Source: an uncultured Spirochaetota bacterium (GTDB taxonomy: Bacteria > Spirochaetota > Spirochaetia > SZUA-6 > Fen-1364). Taken from it: a stretch of DNA of 64,000 nt. The notes below the pieces were generated by a model that worked only from the letters and a program-made list of their open reading frames with translations, had not been told where the DNA came from and did not search any database. The first letter of the stretch is position 1. Every line of letters starts with the position of its first letter. Shown here in pieces: positions 32,127 through 43,490 of this stretch. The stretch spans positions 288,001 to 352,000 of the forward strand of contig CAVTHO010000006.1 of assembly GCA_963734545.1 (NCBI GenBank), written 5' to 3'. The translations under genes and the position numbers were made by a program.

Positions 32127-35100
32127 TCACGCTATTATCGCGTCCAAGACAAACGACTCTATTCTGAGGCCCGAAGATTCGCTTGTGATCGCCTCCGCCT
32201 GCCCCTCGAGGTAGGATCTAGCCTTTTGAAGCGTCTTCCACTTAGGGCGATAATCCGGCGGAATCCCTGGAACATCGAAGTATGCAACAACGAAAATGCC
32301 GTGGGTCAACCCATTGTCGCGAAGGTAGCGGTCGACAAGCTGGTCACGCATCGCGGTCCTACAAGTGCTGTTGTAAGAGTTCTTCACTTCCACAACGACG
32401 CTAAGCATCGTTTGACGAGGTTGCTGTAACGGGACCTGGACCAGTATGTCAGTCTCCTGGCCGGGCTTTCCCCCAAGTTTCCGTGCCACCAGCCGTCTGC
32501 GCAACTGCGTTTCTCGTGTGGCCACCAAGAAGTAGTCTTCCCCCTTCTTGCTGATTACGTGAACCAAGTTGTCCGAAACGGCCTCTTCATTTTTTGGCGT
32601 TGGAGATTGGCCGCGAGGAAGGTTCCAGAGATTCGATGAGAGCGGAGGCGGTCCGCGCAGGGAGCTCTGATACTCGTCCAACGCATCGACTACTAGGTCG
32701 AGAACGTCATCGTTGGATCTTAGCAGCTTTGCGCCGCTATCACGCAAGACCCAGACGACTTCCCGAAGATCAATCGGTGACCAACTTTGCATTCGTTCGT
32801 TGCGTTCAGCCTCAGAACGCGCAAAGCGGAGCCATGGATATTCACGACCGTACTTGCTTTCGATATAACGGACGGCGTCCACGGCATCCGGTGTTCCCTT
32901 GCCAGCTAGGAGGGAGAGAAGCCTGCTACGTAAAAAGACCGCCGAGTCCGCGGGACCAACAAAGTGTGCGCCTTCGTGCTGCGGATCGTCTCTCGGGGGG
33001 TAGGCCTGAAATAGCAAATCTAGCAACGTGCCTTGCTGTGGATCGCTCATTAGCGACAACCACGCGGTCTCGGTCCCTGGAATATGCGCCAAGCTGGAGA
33101 GGGTGGCCTTACGCACTCCCGCGCGCCGGCTTAGTACGAAGAATACTTTCTCGCAGCTACCGGGCGGGGAGCGACTTTAGGAGAGCCACCGCCGCGCGCA
33201 CGGCGGCATCCGAGCTCGCTGAATTCCGGGAAGAGACCGGCTGAAGCAAAGGGGCATGGCGGTTTCTGGAGCTCTCCTAAGCGACTCATCCATGACAAGG
33301 CTTAGGTTGTCGCCTCTTACCGCCTTGGCATGGATTAGTCGGCATATCGTGCTATTGAGGCGCTCGTCACTGACCTCTCCAAGTGCCTCAAAAATCGAGC
33401 CAAGGACACTGAAGCCTGACGGATCGCACGCAACTACCTTGATCCGCCGCCAAATTGCCTCAGGTAGGATGTCGTACGCAAGTCGCATGAGGAGTCTCTT
33501 GGGCCCCATCGGTTCCTGATCCAGCCGGTATCTGGTTTCTCTAACCACATACCAAATCCATATTTTCCAGATTCTGTTGCTGAGTGACTTCAAGAATGAA
33601 AGATCAACCTCGGCCAGGAGAAAGAAAGCCTCCATGACGCCGTCCATCGGTATGGTAGAGTACTCCTCTTCCTCTACGCGAGATGCCAAGTCGGTACAGT
33701 CCGTGACCAGTCGCTTCGCGGCCTCAACGATCTCCGCCCGGTCCTCTGGGCCCGCTTCTGCCCAACCCTCTGTTCGCACAATGAAGCGCGCAAATCTTTC
33801 TCGCCCGCGTTCGTCCATTGCTATGGCCCGGCGAAAGCCCGGCAAACCAATGAGGATCGTATTGGCATCTGGAAAGATAGCTGGTGACCACTTCCCTCCT
33901 AACGGCGTGTGTTTCCCCTTGCTCCTTTTCTCCCTCTCGCATCAGCCTGAGAAAGCGGCGTCCTGTCTCAGCTTCCTTTGAATCCAGTCGAACCGCAAGC
34001 GGAGGGAAATGGGACACAACAATAGGCTCGGCTCTCGATTGGTAGAGCAGATCAAAGCAGGCGTCATAGTTCTGCCATGGCAGCCAAGCGGCCATCTTGG
34101 CGAAGCTATCGGCCGCCGGCGAGCGACCTGAAATCGCCTTCTGCAGAAGCCATCCGAAATCCTGAACGTCGGCCAGGGCCGGCACCGACCTCAGGCCCTG
34201 GAATAGCTCCATCTCAGATGGGGCAAGCTTGGCAATGCATTCCAGCATAGAGTGCCGAAGTTGAGTATCCCTTTCGAATCTTGAAGCTATGGTCGCAGTA
34301 TCGTTCGTGGTCAGGAGTTCCTTACTCTTTCTATGAAGGAAGAAGGGTGCTGCGCCAACGCTTCCCGCTCGGATCACCCGGCTTGATAACTCCATGCAGA
34401 TCTCGTCTTGATCGGCCAAATCGAGAGCTCGGTAGGCGATAAGGCCAGCGATTTCCGATAATGGATCATCATGATGACGTCTCTTCCCCACTGAAGAAGC
34501 CCATTTGAGCACTTCGAGGTCAATTTGAGGCAGGGGGACAGCGCCCTGCGTCATCATCCACAAGAAATACTTGTAGGGCCCCATGTAGTTGCTGGCCTTT
34601 GGCGGCGAAAGTACTTGCAGGAGCTCTGAATCGCTCATATTCCAAGGCCAATTCAGTTGAAGGGCGAGGCCCTTCAGGTCGTCTTGCACGTCTTCTGGGA
34701 GGCCAACAGATAGAGGTTTGAGAGCACCTTTGCTCGATTCATTCCCAATCTCAGAAATCGCGTGGCCGCATTGAACGCGTGTTGCCAAGGGCAGGCTTTG
34801 GTCCAATGCCATCCGAGCCAAGTCCATGGCAAGTCCGACGAAACCGTTGCTTTCTGCCACCTTAATGGCAAAGGAGTGAACGTCCGCTGTATTCCCTGCT
34901 CTCTCAGCCAGGACTCGCCTTATATCGTCCTCAACTCCGTCATAGAAAAATCCTGATGTAAGGGCTTGATCTTGATGAACCTGAGCCTCCGTAAGACGCC
35001 CTGCCTTGAACATCTCAATTGTGGCTCTGAATGCGACTTTTCGAATTTCGTAGCTAGCAACTTCGCTACGGCCGATGAGCTCCGGGTCAGAAGTCGATAG

Positions 35101-36213
35101 CCAACCGGCAAACTCTGGATTGAAGCTCGCCGCCCACGCAGCGATCTCTTGTAAGGGACCAGCAATTCCGGATGCGTGCCCGCCGTCTCTGCTTAGCATC
35201 GAGCGAACCTGAAAGAGCGGCATTGTTGAGATTTTCTTTCCGGCAAGGAACTCCGCAATCTGCCGGTGTATGAAGCGGGCCCATTGGAACCCGGCACTAG
35301 TGAAGAGACCAGTTTCGCGAAGCGTCCGTAGCCCGTCGGCGTCGAATCCCAAACCCTCGAGCACTGCGATGTCGATTGAGCTTCCCTCAATCGTGCCTGA
35401 CCGAGACAAGCCTATCGACTCAGCCCCGGACAACAGCATCGCCGCGGCTACCTCCCCTGCCAGCCGTACGCAAGCGTCGACATTCGTCACCCGTGCTGTT
35501 CTACGCTCGTGTCGATCGAATGGGTCTTCGCACAGACGCCTAACCGCTCTGTCGAACAACTCGATTCGGCTACTGATTACCAGCCTGCCGGCCTTCCGAA
35601 ACTCGTCGATCAACATCCGCAACGTCATGGGGCGAGTGGCTAGTGAGAGAAGCTTCATTTCTCGGACAGAACGGGCAAACTCCTCAGCCTCAACGCCCTC
35701 TGCTGCCGCCGCTGTCCTGATGTCGTCTATGTCAAGCGGAAGAAGTTCAGCGACATGGACTTCGTCATGACCGTACACCTCGGACAGCGCCCTGACGAGG
35801 AAGCTCGGCCACACAGTGGATCTGCACGCGATTCGCAACGATGGCTTCTGTCCAAGAAACTTAGGGACCCAGTTGGAAAGCACATTCCCAGCCAGCGGAA
35901 CAGGCACCATTGCCTCGTCAAGGGCATCAAGCGCGAGCACGCCTTTACCGTCGGTCTGGGCAGCCAGGCTCTCGATTTCGGCCCTGAGGCCCGCCGCGTC
36001 GCTTACCAGTTCTCCAAGGCTCTTGCTACTGACAAGGCGACCTTGTTCGCGCTCAACCGCCGCAAGAACAGACAGTTCGTGCGTCTTTCCTAGACCAGCT
36101 GCGCCGAGCACGCACACGACCTTGAGCTCGGCCAAGTCGCGGGTGCGGACTTCTCTCTCGGAACCTTTTTCACGAATCGACCAGCGCCGATCTAGCGGCC
36201 AGTTGCTGCTCAA
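32127..36213 (-). CDS. Large STAND/NACHT-like NTPase with C-terminal PD-(D/E)xK-like nuclease domain, frameshifted
   Basis: ORFs 33724-36282, 33177-33845 and 32127-33116; Walker A GAAGLGKT, Walker B LALDALDE, LRIACR, FIHRQIAEFLA; C-terminal TDILV..VEVK; lower GC. Confidence 0.72.
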
Positions 36214-36542
36214 GCTACCCCTCCAGCACTTCTCTATAGCACATCCCTTCCTCAGAGTATTACGCGCACACGTCCCGTTCAAGCGTCCATGCGATCGTGC
36301 CTTTCAAGGCTGAAGCGACTGAGCGCTTCAGCCTTGAGATAACATAAAGGATTTGGAATCCATCTTGATCCTGAGGGGCTGAAGTATGGTGACCACTCAC
36401 CGTCGTCCCGCCTGATCCAGCTCTCCGCCAACACAACCAAGAAATGCGCAACCTCTTTCCCCAACGTGATGAGGCAGCTGAAAGAGGGCAGCCAGCGTGA
36501 CAATCTTCTGGGTCACCAAGTGTGAAGTATGACGAGTTGGAC

Positions 36543-36962
36543 CGCGGCGCGTCCGTGCGCCGCGCCAAGATGCCCCGCCTACCATGGACGGTAGGCGGGG
36601 ACCGAGGAGGCTGAAGGCGACCGCATGAGGGAGGGGATGCAGCCGACAGGGCTTCTTTCCAGCAAAGCCGTTCTCTACGCCAGAGTCTCCTCCAAGGAAC
36701 AGGAGCGGGACGGCTACTCCATCCCGGCCCAGTGCAAGCTACTTCGCTCCTACGCACGCCGCCACGACTCCGGGTGGCCGCTTCCGGGCATCGGTCGCGG
36801 GCCGACCGCGTGCCGACGCGCCCCAACGTCCTGTTGGGGCGCTCATCTGAAGAGGGCCAGAGACACGCGGCAGGGACGCCGCGCGTCTCTGGCCGGGGGG
36901 GGTCATCAAGAAAACAAGCATACTTGGGTGGCAATCCTGTTTCTCTTGCACGATGCCAGTTT
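36543..36962 (+). mobile_element. 420-bp miniature, internally deleted copy of the LSR element core (repeat A + LSR 5' stub fused to repeat B)
   Basis: 36543-36769 is the inverse of 31811-32038; about 36764-36962 is the inverse of 45928-46126. Confidence 0.75.
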
Positions 36963-36985
36963 GCTGTCAAACTATGGCTGACTAA

Positions 36986-39900
36986 TTATATCGGATCATC
37001 TGCCTCGGCGGATTCCGTGCTCAACACCTCCACAAACTCGGCGATGACGGATAGCTCGCCTTCCTCGATGCCCTTAAGCACAATTGGCGTATATGCAGGG
37101 TTGATGGGTAGTAAGCGGATTATGCTATGTTGCCAGGTACCGTCAGCGGAGGCGACCTTCTCGCTCTCGTATCGCTTGACGGTGAACTCGGCGTCGGTAT
37201 CAGGGTCGCGGATGTCTCGGTGTTGGACGAGCACCATGCGCCCTTGCCGGGTACCTTCGACGGGTCCAGCGAAAAGACACCAGGCGCCGTCGGGGATCAA
37301 CGGTTCCATGGACTTGCCGACTACCTGTGCAACGAACATTCCAGGACGCAGACGGTGATTCGCCTCGACAGCTACCCACATCCGATCGTCGTCCTCAACA
37401 TTTTGCGGATTGCTGAATGCACCAGCAGCAGCCTTGAGAGGAACGAGCGGCACGCATGTCACGTAGCGGTCATTCGCATGAGGTTGCACGATTCGGAGTT
37501 TAGGCCTTACTTCTTCTGCGCCAGCTCCTGCTTTCATAGAAGCACTCTTTCCATATGCGTCGCTACGAAGCCTCTTATATGCCTCCGACGCCATCCAAGC
37601 TATAACGACCTTCTGGAAGGGCAGATCGTTCATGTACCGAACGAAGATCTCCTCGTTCTGGTCCATGCGCTCGACGAACAGGTTCTCAAGCAGACTCTTG
37701 AACACCAGCTCGAACTTGTCGCCCGGGTTCACCGCGGCGGCCTGCTTTAAACCGTCGTCCGCCATGGCAGCCTCGACGATCTGATCGAAGAAGAGCTGGT
37801 CTGCCTGGTTGAAGTCAGTGCCGAAGCGCTCGTTTACTATGTCAATGAGCTGGGACAAAGGAATGGGCTGCGGGCGAGCGATGCCGGTGCCCACCTCTGT
37901 AGGACCGTCAAGAGGCTGTGCGTCGCCATCACGCAGACTGATCGAACCCTCGCTGATTTTCTGAAGCCTGTAGTACTCCAAGCGTACATCATCATCGAAC
38001 TGGTAGCCGGGCTCGGTGTGTCGTCTCGGCAGCTTCGAGGCCAGATGTCGAAGGAATACGTAAAGCCGCTCGAGGTCGGAGTCTTGGTAAGGGATTACCT
38101 GGCTGAGGAACCCGTACAGGTTGCGAAACCCCTGAACGTTGCCTCGCCAGAGTTCCGCTTCCTCCTCGTGGTCGGCCTGGAGCGCCGCGAATCGGGAGAC
38201 CGCCGGGTCCAAAGCGGCGTTCATCGCCTGATGGTCGATGGCGCTCTGCTTCGGCTTCGGCTTGAAATAGACGGCACAGAACAGCTCCACCTCTTTGGCC
38301 AGGTAGACCCCCGAAGAATCGAGCTCGCCCTTGAGTTGGTACAGGCGTGCGGGATCCACTTCTTCGCCCATCTCTGCGCCCTCGAAGTAGGTCTTGAACG
38401 CCTCACGGATCTCCTCACGGTCGTTCACGAAGTCGAGAACGAAGGTTTCTTCCTTGAGCGGATGGATGCGGTTCAAGCGCGAGAGCGTCTGTACCGCCTG
38501 GATGCCCGCGAGCCGCTTGTCGACGTACATGGTGTGCAGCAGCGGCTGGTCAAACCCGGTCTGGTATTTCTCCGCGACGAGGAGGACCTGGTACTCCTGC
38601 GTCGCGAACTTCTCGGGGAGCTCCTTCTCTCCGATCCCCTGGTTCATGCCCACTTCGGTGAAGGATACGTTTACGAGCTTGTCGTCTTGAACGATGCCGG
38701 AGAACGCCACCAACGTCTTTATTGGATACCCTTTCTCCTGAATGTACCTATCGAAGCTTTGCTTGTAGCGCACCGCCTCCAGGCGGGAACTTGTCACCAC
38801 CATCGCCTTGGCTCGGCCACCGATCTTGTGACGCGTGAAGGTATTGAAATGCTCGACCATCACCTCGGTCTTCTGCGCGATGTTGTACGGATGGAGCTTC
38901 ATGAAGCGTGCCAGCGCCTTTGCCGCCTTCTTGCGCTCGACGTTCGGGTCGTCCTCGCACGCCTTGAGCAGCTTGAAGTAGATGGCGTAGGTCGTGTAGT
39001 GCTTCAATACGTCGAGGATGAACTCCTCCTCGATTGCCTGCCGCATTGTGTAGCGGTGCGTCGGCTGTCCGTTCCTTCCGAATACGGCCAACGTCTTGTG
39101 CTTGGGTGTGGCGGTGAAAGCGAAGAAACTCAGGTTCGCCTGCCTGCCCCGTTTGGCCATACTGCGAAAAAGCTCCTCCATGTTTTCGACGCCTTCCTCG
39201 ACAGCACGGCGTTGGGCTTCATCACGCAGCGCCTCGCCGCCGAGCACTTCCTTGAGATCGGCAGCGGTCTCTCCGCTCTGCGAGCTGTGTGCTTCGTCGA
39301 TAATCACGGCGCAACGCCGCGTTGGAAGAACGCCCGAGCCGGTCGTCCCTCGCTCCTCGGCCATCTTGAGAAGCTGCCGGGACACAAATGGGAACTTCTG
39401 CAGTGTGGTGATGATTACCGGCACGGCTCTCTCGAGGGCCTCTGCCAGTTGTCTTGATCGCTCGTCGATCTTCTGAACCACACCCCGCTTGTGTTCGAAC
39501 TGGTAGATCGTATCCTGAAGCTGCTGGTCGAGCACAACCCGATCGGTCACTACAATCACACTGTCGAAGACCCGCTTGTTCTCCGCGTCGTGAAGCGACG
39601 CCAGCCGGTGCGCAAGCCAGGCGATGGTATTACTCTTTCCGCTGCCTGCGGAATGTTCGATAAGGTAGTTGTGCCCAATGCCCTCGCGTCTGGCCGCGTC
39701 CACCAGCGTCCGTACTGCCTGCAGCTGGTGGTAGCGGGGGAAGATCATGGTCTCCTTCTTTACCTTACGGCCCTCGTCGTCGCGCTTCTCCTCGATCTGG
39801 ATATGCACGAACCGCGCCAGCAGGTCGAGCAAGCTGTCGCGCTGTAGGACTTCCTCCCAAAGATAGGCGGTGCGATAGCTGCGGCCTGTAGGGTCCGGCG

Positions 39901-40566
39901 GGTTCCCTGCACCACCGTCGCAACCCTTATTGAATGGGAGGAAGTGGGTCGCCGAACCGGCCAGCCGTGTCGTCATCAACACCGCTTCGGTGTCGACGGC
40001 GAAATGTATGAGGGTTCGACGCTTGAACTCGAAGATCGGCTCACGCGGGTCGCGGTCCTGCTTATACTGCCGACGTGCGTCCTCTACAGTCTGGCCCGTG
40101 AGCGGGTTTTTCAGTTCTAGGTAACGATGGGGATTCCGTTAAGACTTAACATGACGTCGAGAGATTTCTCCGACCTTGCCGAGTAGTGGAGCTGCCGAGT
40201 CAAGCCCAAGCGGTTGGCCGCATAGCGGGCTTCCAACTCCAGGTTCAGCTCGTGCGCGGCCTTGAAGAACGCGACATGAAGCGTCCGTCCATAGCACTTG
40301 AACCCGTGACGAAGGGTCGCGATCGATCCATTGGCGTCCATCCATTTGCACAGGTCGATGAGGATCTGCTCCCCCGTCTTCTCGCCGTGCAGCGCCTCCA
40401 GCTTAGCCCACTCCTTAGGCTGGGTCTCACGGATGAAGCCGAGCACCGCCTCAGGGAAGATTGCGCGGCCGCGATCGAAGCCGTAGCGGGCTACATGTAA
40501 ATAGCCGTTCTGGAGGAGGTGCGCCTCGATGACGGTCTCGAAGGCCGCTTCGTTCGTTCGGTTCAT
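36986..40566 (-). CDS. hsdR: Type I restriction subunit R with C-terminal S24 (LexA-like) peptidase domain, frameshift near 40117
   Basis: LNGIPI..ELKN nuclease, HSAGSGKS, DEAH, FTATP, QTGFDQP, QTLSRLNR; C-terminal AAAG..GKSMEP..TVKR. Confidence 0.9.
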
Positions 40567-41057
40567 TGCTTGGGTCCCAGTACGAAGCGCGCCCGCTCAT
40601 GTCGGAGCATTTCGTATGGCGTCATGCACTTGATTCCAAGACCGATGCAGGCGTCGGGAATCTTGATCTTGCGCGTTGAAGCGGAAGGGACTTCGTGCGT
40701 CACGACTGTATGCTTGCCCGCATGAGCCTGTGCCACCAGGTAGTAGTCGGCCACCTGAAGAAACGTACTGACGGCGGAAGGTTCGTAGCTCTGACCGGTC
40801 GCCCAGGTGCTCACCGCGGCCAGAGAAGGGAACGACGCCGCGTCGGGCCGGAGGAAGAAACCGGCGCCCCGTGCGTCGGCCCATCCCGACAGTTCGTCCG
40901 CCACGGCCTGCACTTCGTCGCCGACCTTCTCGACGCTGAACACCGTGCCGGCCGCGTTGTTCTCGATGAGCCACTCCCAGAACGCCGGGCAGAAGTCGAG
41001 CCCGTAGTGCAGGTTCTTGGCACGGATGAACACGTCGGCATCAAGCAAGTAGGCCAT
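40563..41057 (-). CDS. DUF4411 family PIN-like protein
   Basis: YLLDADVFI.A...Y..DFCPAFWEWL, ADYYLVA.A, VVTHE, KIKIPDAC. Confidence 0.85.
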   Translation of the reverse strand: MAYLLDADVFIRAKNLHYGLDFCPAFWEWLIENNAAGTVFSVEKVGDEVQAVADELSGWADARGAGFFLRPDAASFPSLAAVSTWATGQSYEPSAVSTFLQVADYYLVAQAHAGKHTVVTHEVPSASTRKIKIPDACIGLGIKCMTPYEMLRHERARFVLGPKQ

Positions 41058-42204
41058 CAGAACCCCAACCCCAGGCTGTGTCCTAGATCGCGAAACGTCG
41101 CCATCTTCTTGAAGCCCAGCAGCCGGAAAGCCTCCGTAAAGGACGAGCTGCCTTCCAACGTGCTGACCACCAGAGCGCGGGCGAAACGTTTGCTCGCCCT
41201 TGCGCCGAGCGTCAGGTAGAAGTCGCCGCCGCTTCCCTTCGGAAGCTTGCGCAGCCGATCGAGCTCCGCATCGTATGCCGCCCAATAGGCGTCGCGCGTG
41301 AGCCCGCCCGCATCGTGGATGCGGCGCAGGATGACCAGCGTGCTCACCTTGAAGCGCCGCGCCAGTCGGTCCATCTCGGTGCGCAACTCGGCGCGGCGGT
41401 CGTACTCGGCGCGGAGAACCTCCAGCGGCACGAGCAGCTCGGCGGCGACCTGGTTGCACCAGCGCTCCACCTCATGGTCGGGCACCGAGGCGGCCTGCGC
41501 ATCGGAGAGGGCGGACTGGCCGAGCCAGATATGCACAAGCTCATGTGCCAGCGTGAACATCTGCGCCGCCTTGGTGTCTGCGCCGTTGATGAACACGAGC
41601 GGCGCGAGGTCATCGGCCAGCGCGAATCCGCGGAACTCCTGCGGATCGAGCTTGCGCCGGTTGTTGCTGCCCACGACACCGCTCACCATCACGAGCACGC
41701 CCAGCGCGTCCGCCTGCTCGATGAAGTGGCGCAGCGCGTCGGTCCAGGTCGGCATTCGGCGGCGCTCCTCGACGTCGAAGCCCAGCGCGTGGCGGATCGC
41801 GCGCCGCCGTGCGCACCACGTCGTCCGTCACCCGCACGGAGCCGACGAACGGCAAGCGGCGCCTCTCCCATGGACCGCGCGAAGTCCCGGTACCACTCCT
41901 GGCGCTGCTGGCAGAGGTACAGAGTGTCGAGCAGGTCGGGGCTCGGGCGATCGATGCGCTCGGTTGCGACCGTGCGGAAATCCGGAATCGGTACACGCTC
42001 GACCGGCGGCTCTGGAAGGAAGAGGTAGCCAACCGGCGTGTGCGTGGCCTTGGCGAAACCCTCGAGCTGCTTGAGCGTCGGTTGTTTTTCGCCACGCTCC
42101 CAGGCCGGAAGCTGCGGAATGCGGTGCGCCAGCGCACCGAGTCCAAGCCCCGCACGCTCGCACGCCCAGCGCAGCATCTCCGGCCTGACTTCGACATACA
42201 TCAT
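41057..42204 (-). CDS. HTH + ImmA/IrrE family zinc metallopeptidase, frameshifted
   Basis: N-terminal HTH ([13 protein letters not shown]), [15 protein letters not shown] (HExxH), E.WCN.VAAELL.P. Confidence 0.88.
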
Positions 42205-43490
42205 GCCATAGCCTCTTGGACGTCAATCTGGCCTGTCACAGCCGCGCCGATGAGGGCGGCGCGGCGTTCCTTGAGTAGGGCGATTGTGCGTTCAGTTGCG
42301 GCTTGCAGCGCGTCAATCTCGGCTGTCTCCGCGCGGATATAGGCTACGATAGTGCGCTGTTCATCGAGGGGTGGTACCGGGAAGAAAACTTCGAAGAAGC
42401 CCTCGGGATAAAGGCGTAGCCGCGACGACCATACACCCTTTGAGTACCGGGTCACTTCCTGCGCGAAAATGGGGATGCGAACCAATGCATCTACGAACTG
42501 GGGATCAAGTCGAGGGCCGGGCTGGTACACATTGTAGGCGGGGCTGACTATGCCACTCACAGGCGACACGCCCATGGCACCCATCCAAGCCCAAAGTGTA
42601 TTGATAACGAGGTCGTTCGCGTGGCAGATCTTGTACCCTTCTGTTGTCTTTGCTTCGAACATGTTGACATCTTTTTCAGCCCGGGTAGTCACTCCCGTAA
42701 GATGTGAAACGGTTAGTAGCTCCTCCTCTCCGGTCTCCGAGCGTACATCGCGCTCCCGAAAAAGCCACTGCGATCTCTCGACCTCCCAGTGGGTGGGAAT
42801 CTCGTAGAGCCATGGGATGCCAGAATCTCTCAGTGGGGCGCTGGAGTCGAGGCCGCGGGTGACGGCCCGGGTGATGAGCGCCCGACGTTTCTCGGCCAAC
42901 AGCCTGAGTACCCGCTCCTTTTCCGCTACTAGCGCATCCAGATGCGCCGTCTCGCGGTCGAGGTAGAGCGCGACAGCTCTTTGAGTTGGTGGAGGAGGAA
43001 GCAGCACCGCTTGCTCTGCTACCTGCTCCGCGTTCAGCGAAGGCACAGCACCCGGATTGGCAACTTGGCCAAAGTCTACAAGCGCCAAGTTATGGAGCAT
43101 GAACCGTTGGTCAGCACGACTGCTATCGAGAATAAGACCCATCATATTGTTGTCGATGCATGAAGCTTGTCCAAGAAATCTGAACCGGTTCAGCAACAGA
43201 GCTGCACCAACCTTCGCAAACACGATTGTGCCAGCGGGAAAGACGAAGGCTCCGAGTTGCGTAGCGGTATCACGCGATACGGAATGTTCACTGTATATTA
43301 GGCAGCCGTCTATGTTGGCTTCCGCAAGGTGCTTCACTTTAAAGAAAGGCAGTTCTTCGCCCTTCGTTCCTTGCTCGATATCTGGAAAGCCCGCGCCGCC
43401 TTTCAATCGTCCGAGATATCTGAGGCGAATTCGTGGCCACCGCGTTGCTCCAGGCGATACTTGGTCTGTAATCGGGCCAAGTTCACTCAC
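42201..43490 (-). CDS. hsdS: Type I R-M specificity subunit S
   Basis: Two variable TRDs separated by conserved PP..Q..I..YLD.ETA.ID..L..E.R.ALI..AVT helices. Confidence 0.9.
   Translation of the reverse strand: MSELGPITDQVSPGATRWPRIRLRYLGRLKGGAGFPDIEQGTKGEELPFFKVKHLAEANIDGCLIYSEHSVSRDTATQLGAFVFPAGTIVFAKVGAALLLNRFRFLGQASCIDNNMMGLILDSSRADQRFMLHNLALVDFGQVANPGAVPSLNAEQVAEQAVLLPPPPTQRAVALYLDRETAHLDALVAEKERVLRLLAEKRRALITRAVTRGLDSSAPLRDSGIPWLYEIPTHWEVERSQWLFRERDVRSETGEEELLTVSHLTGVTTRAEKDVNMFEAKTTEGYKICHANDLVINTLWAWMGAMGVSPVSGIVSPAYNVYQPGPRLDPQFVDALVRIPIFAQEVTRYSKGVWSSRLRLYPEGFFEVFFPVPPLDEQRTIVAYIRAETAEIDALQAATERTIALLKERRAALIGAAVTGQIDVQEAMA

Noticed and set aside
30477-32429. Long antisense ORFs (e.g. 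650 aa opposite the LSR, 479 aa opposite hsdR)
   Set aside because: Shadow ORFs expected in high-GC coding DNA; no recognisable motifs.
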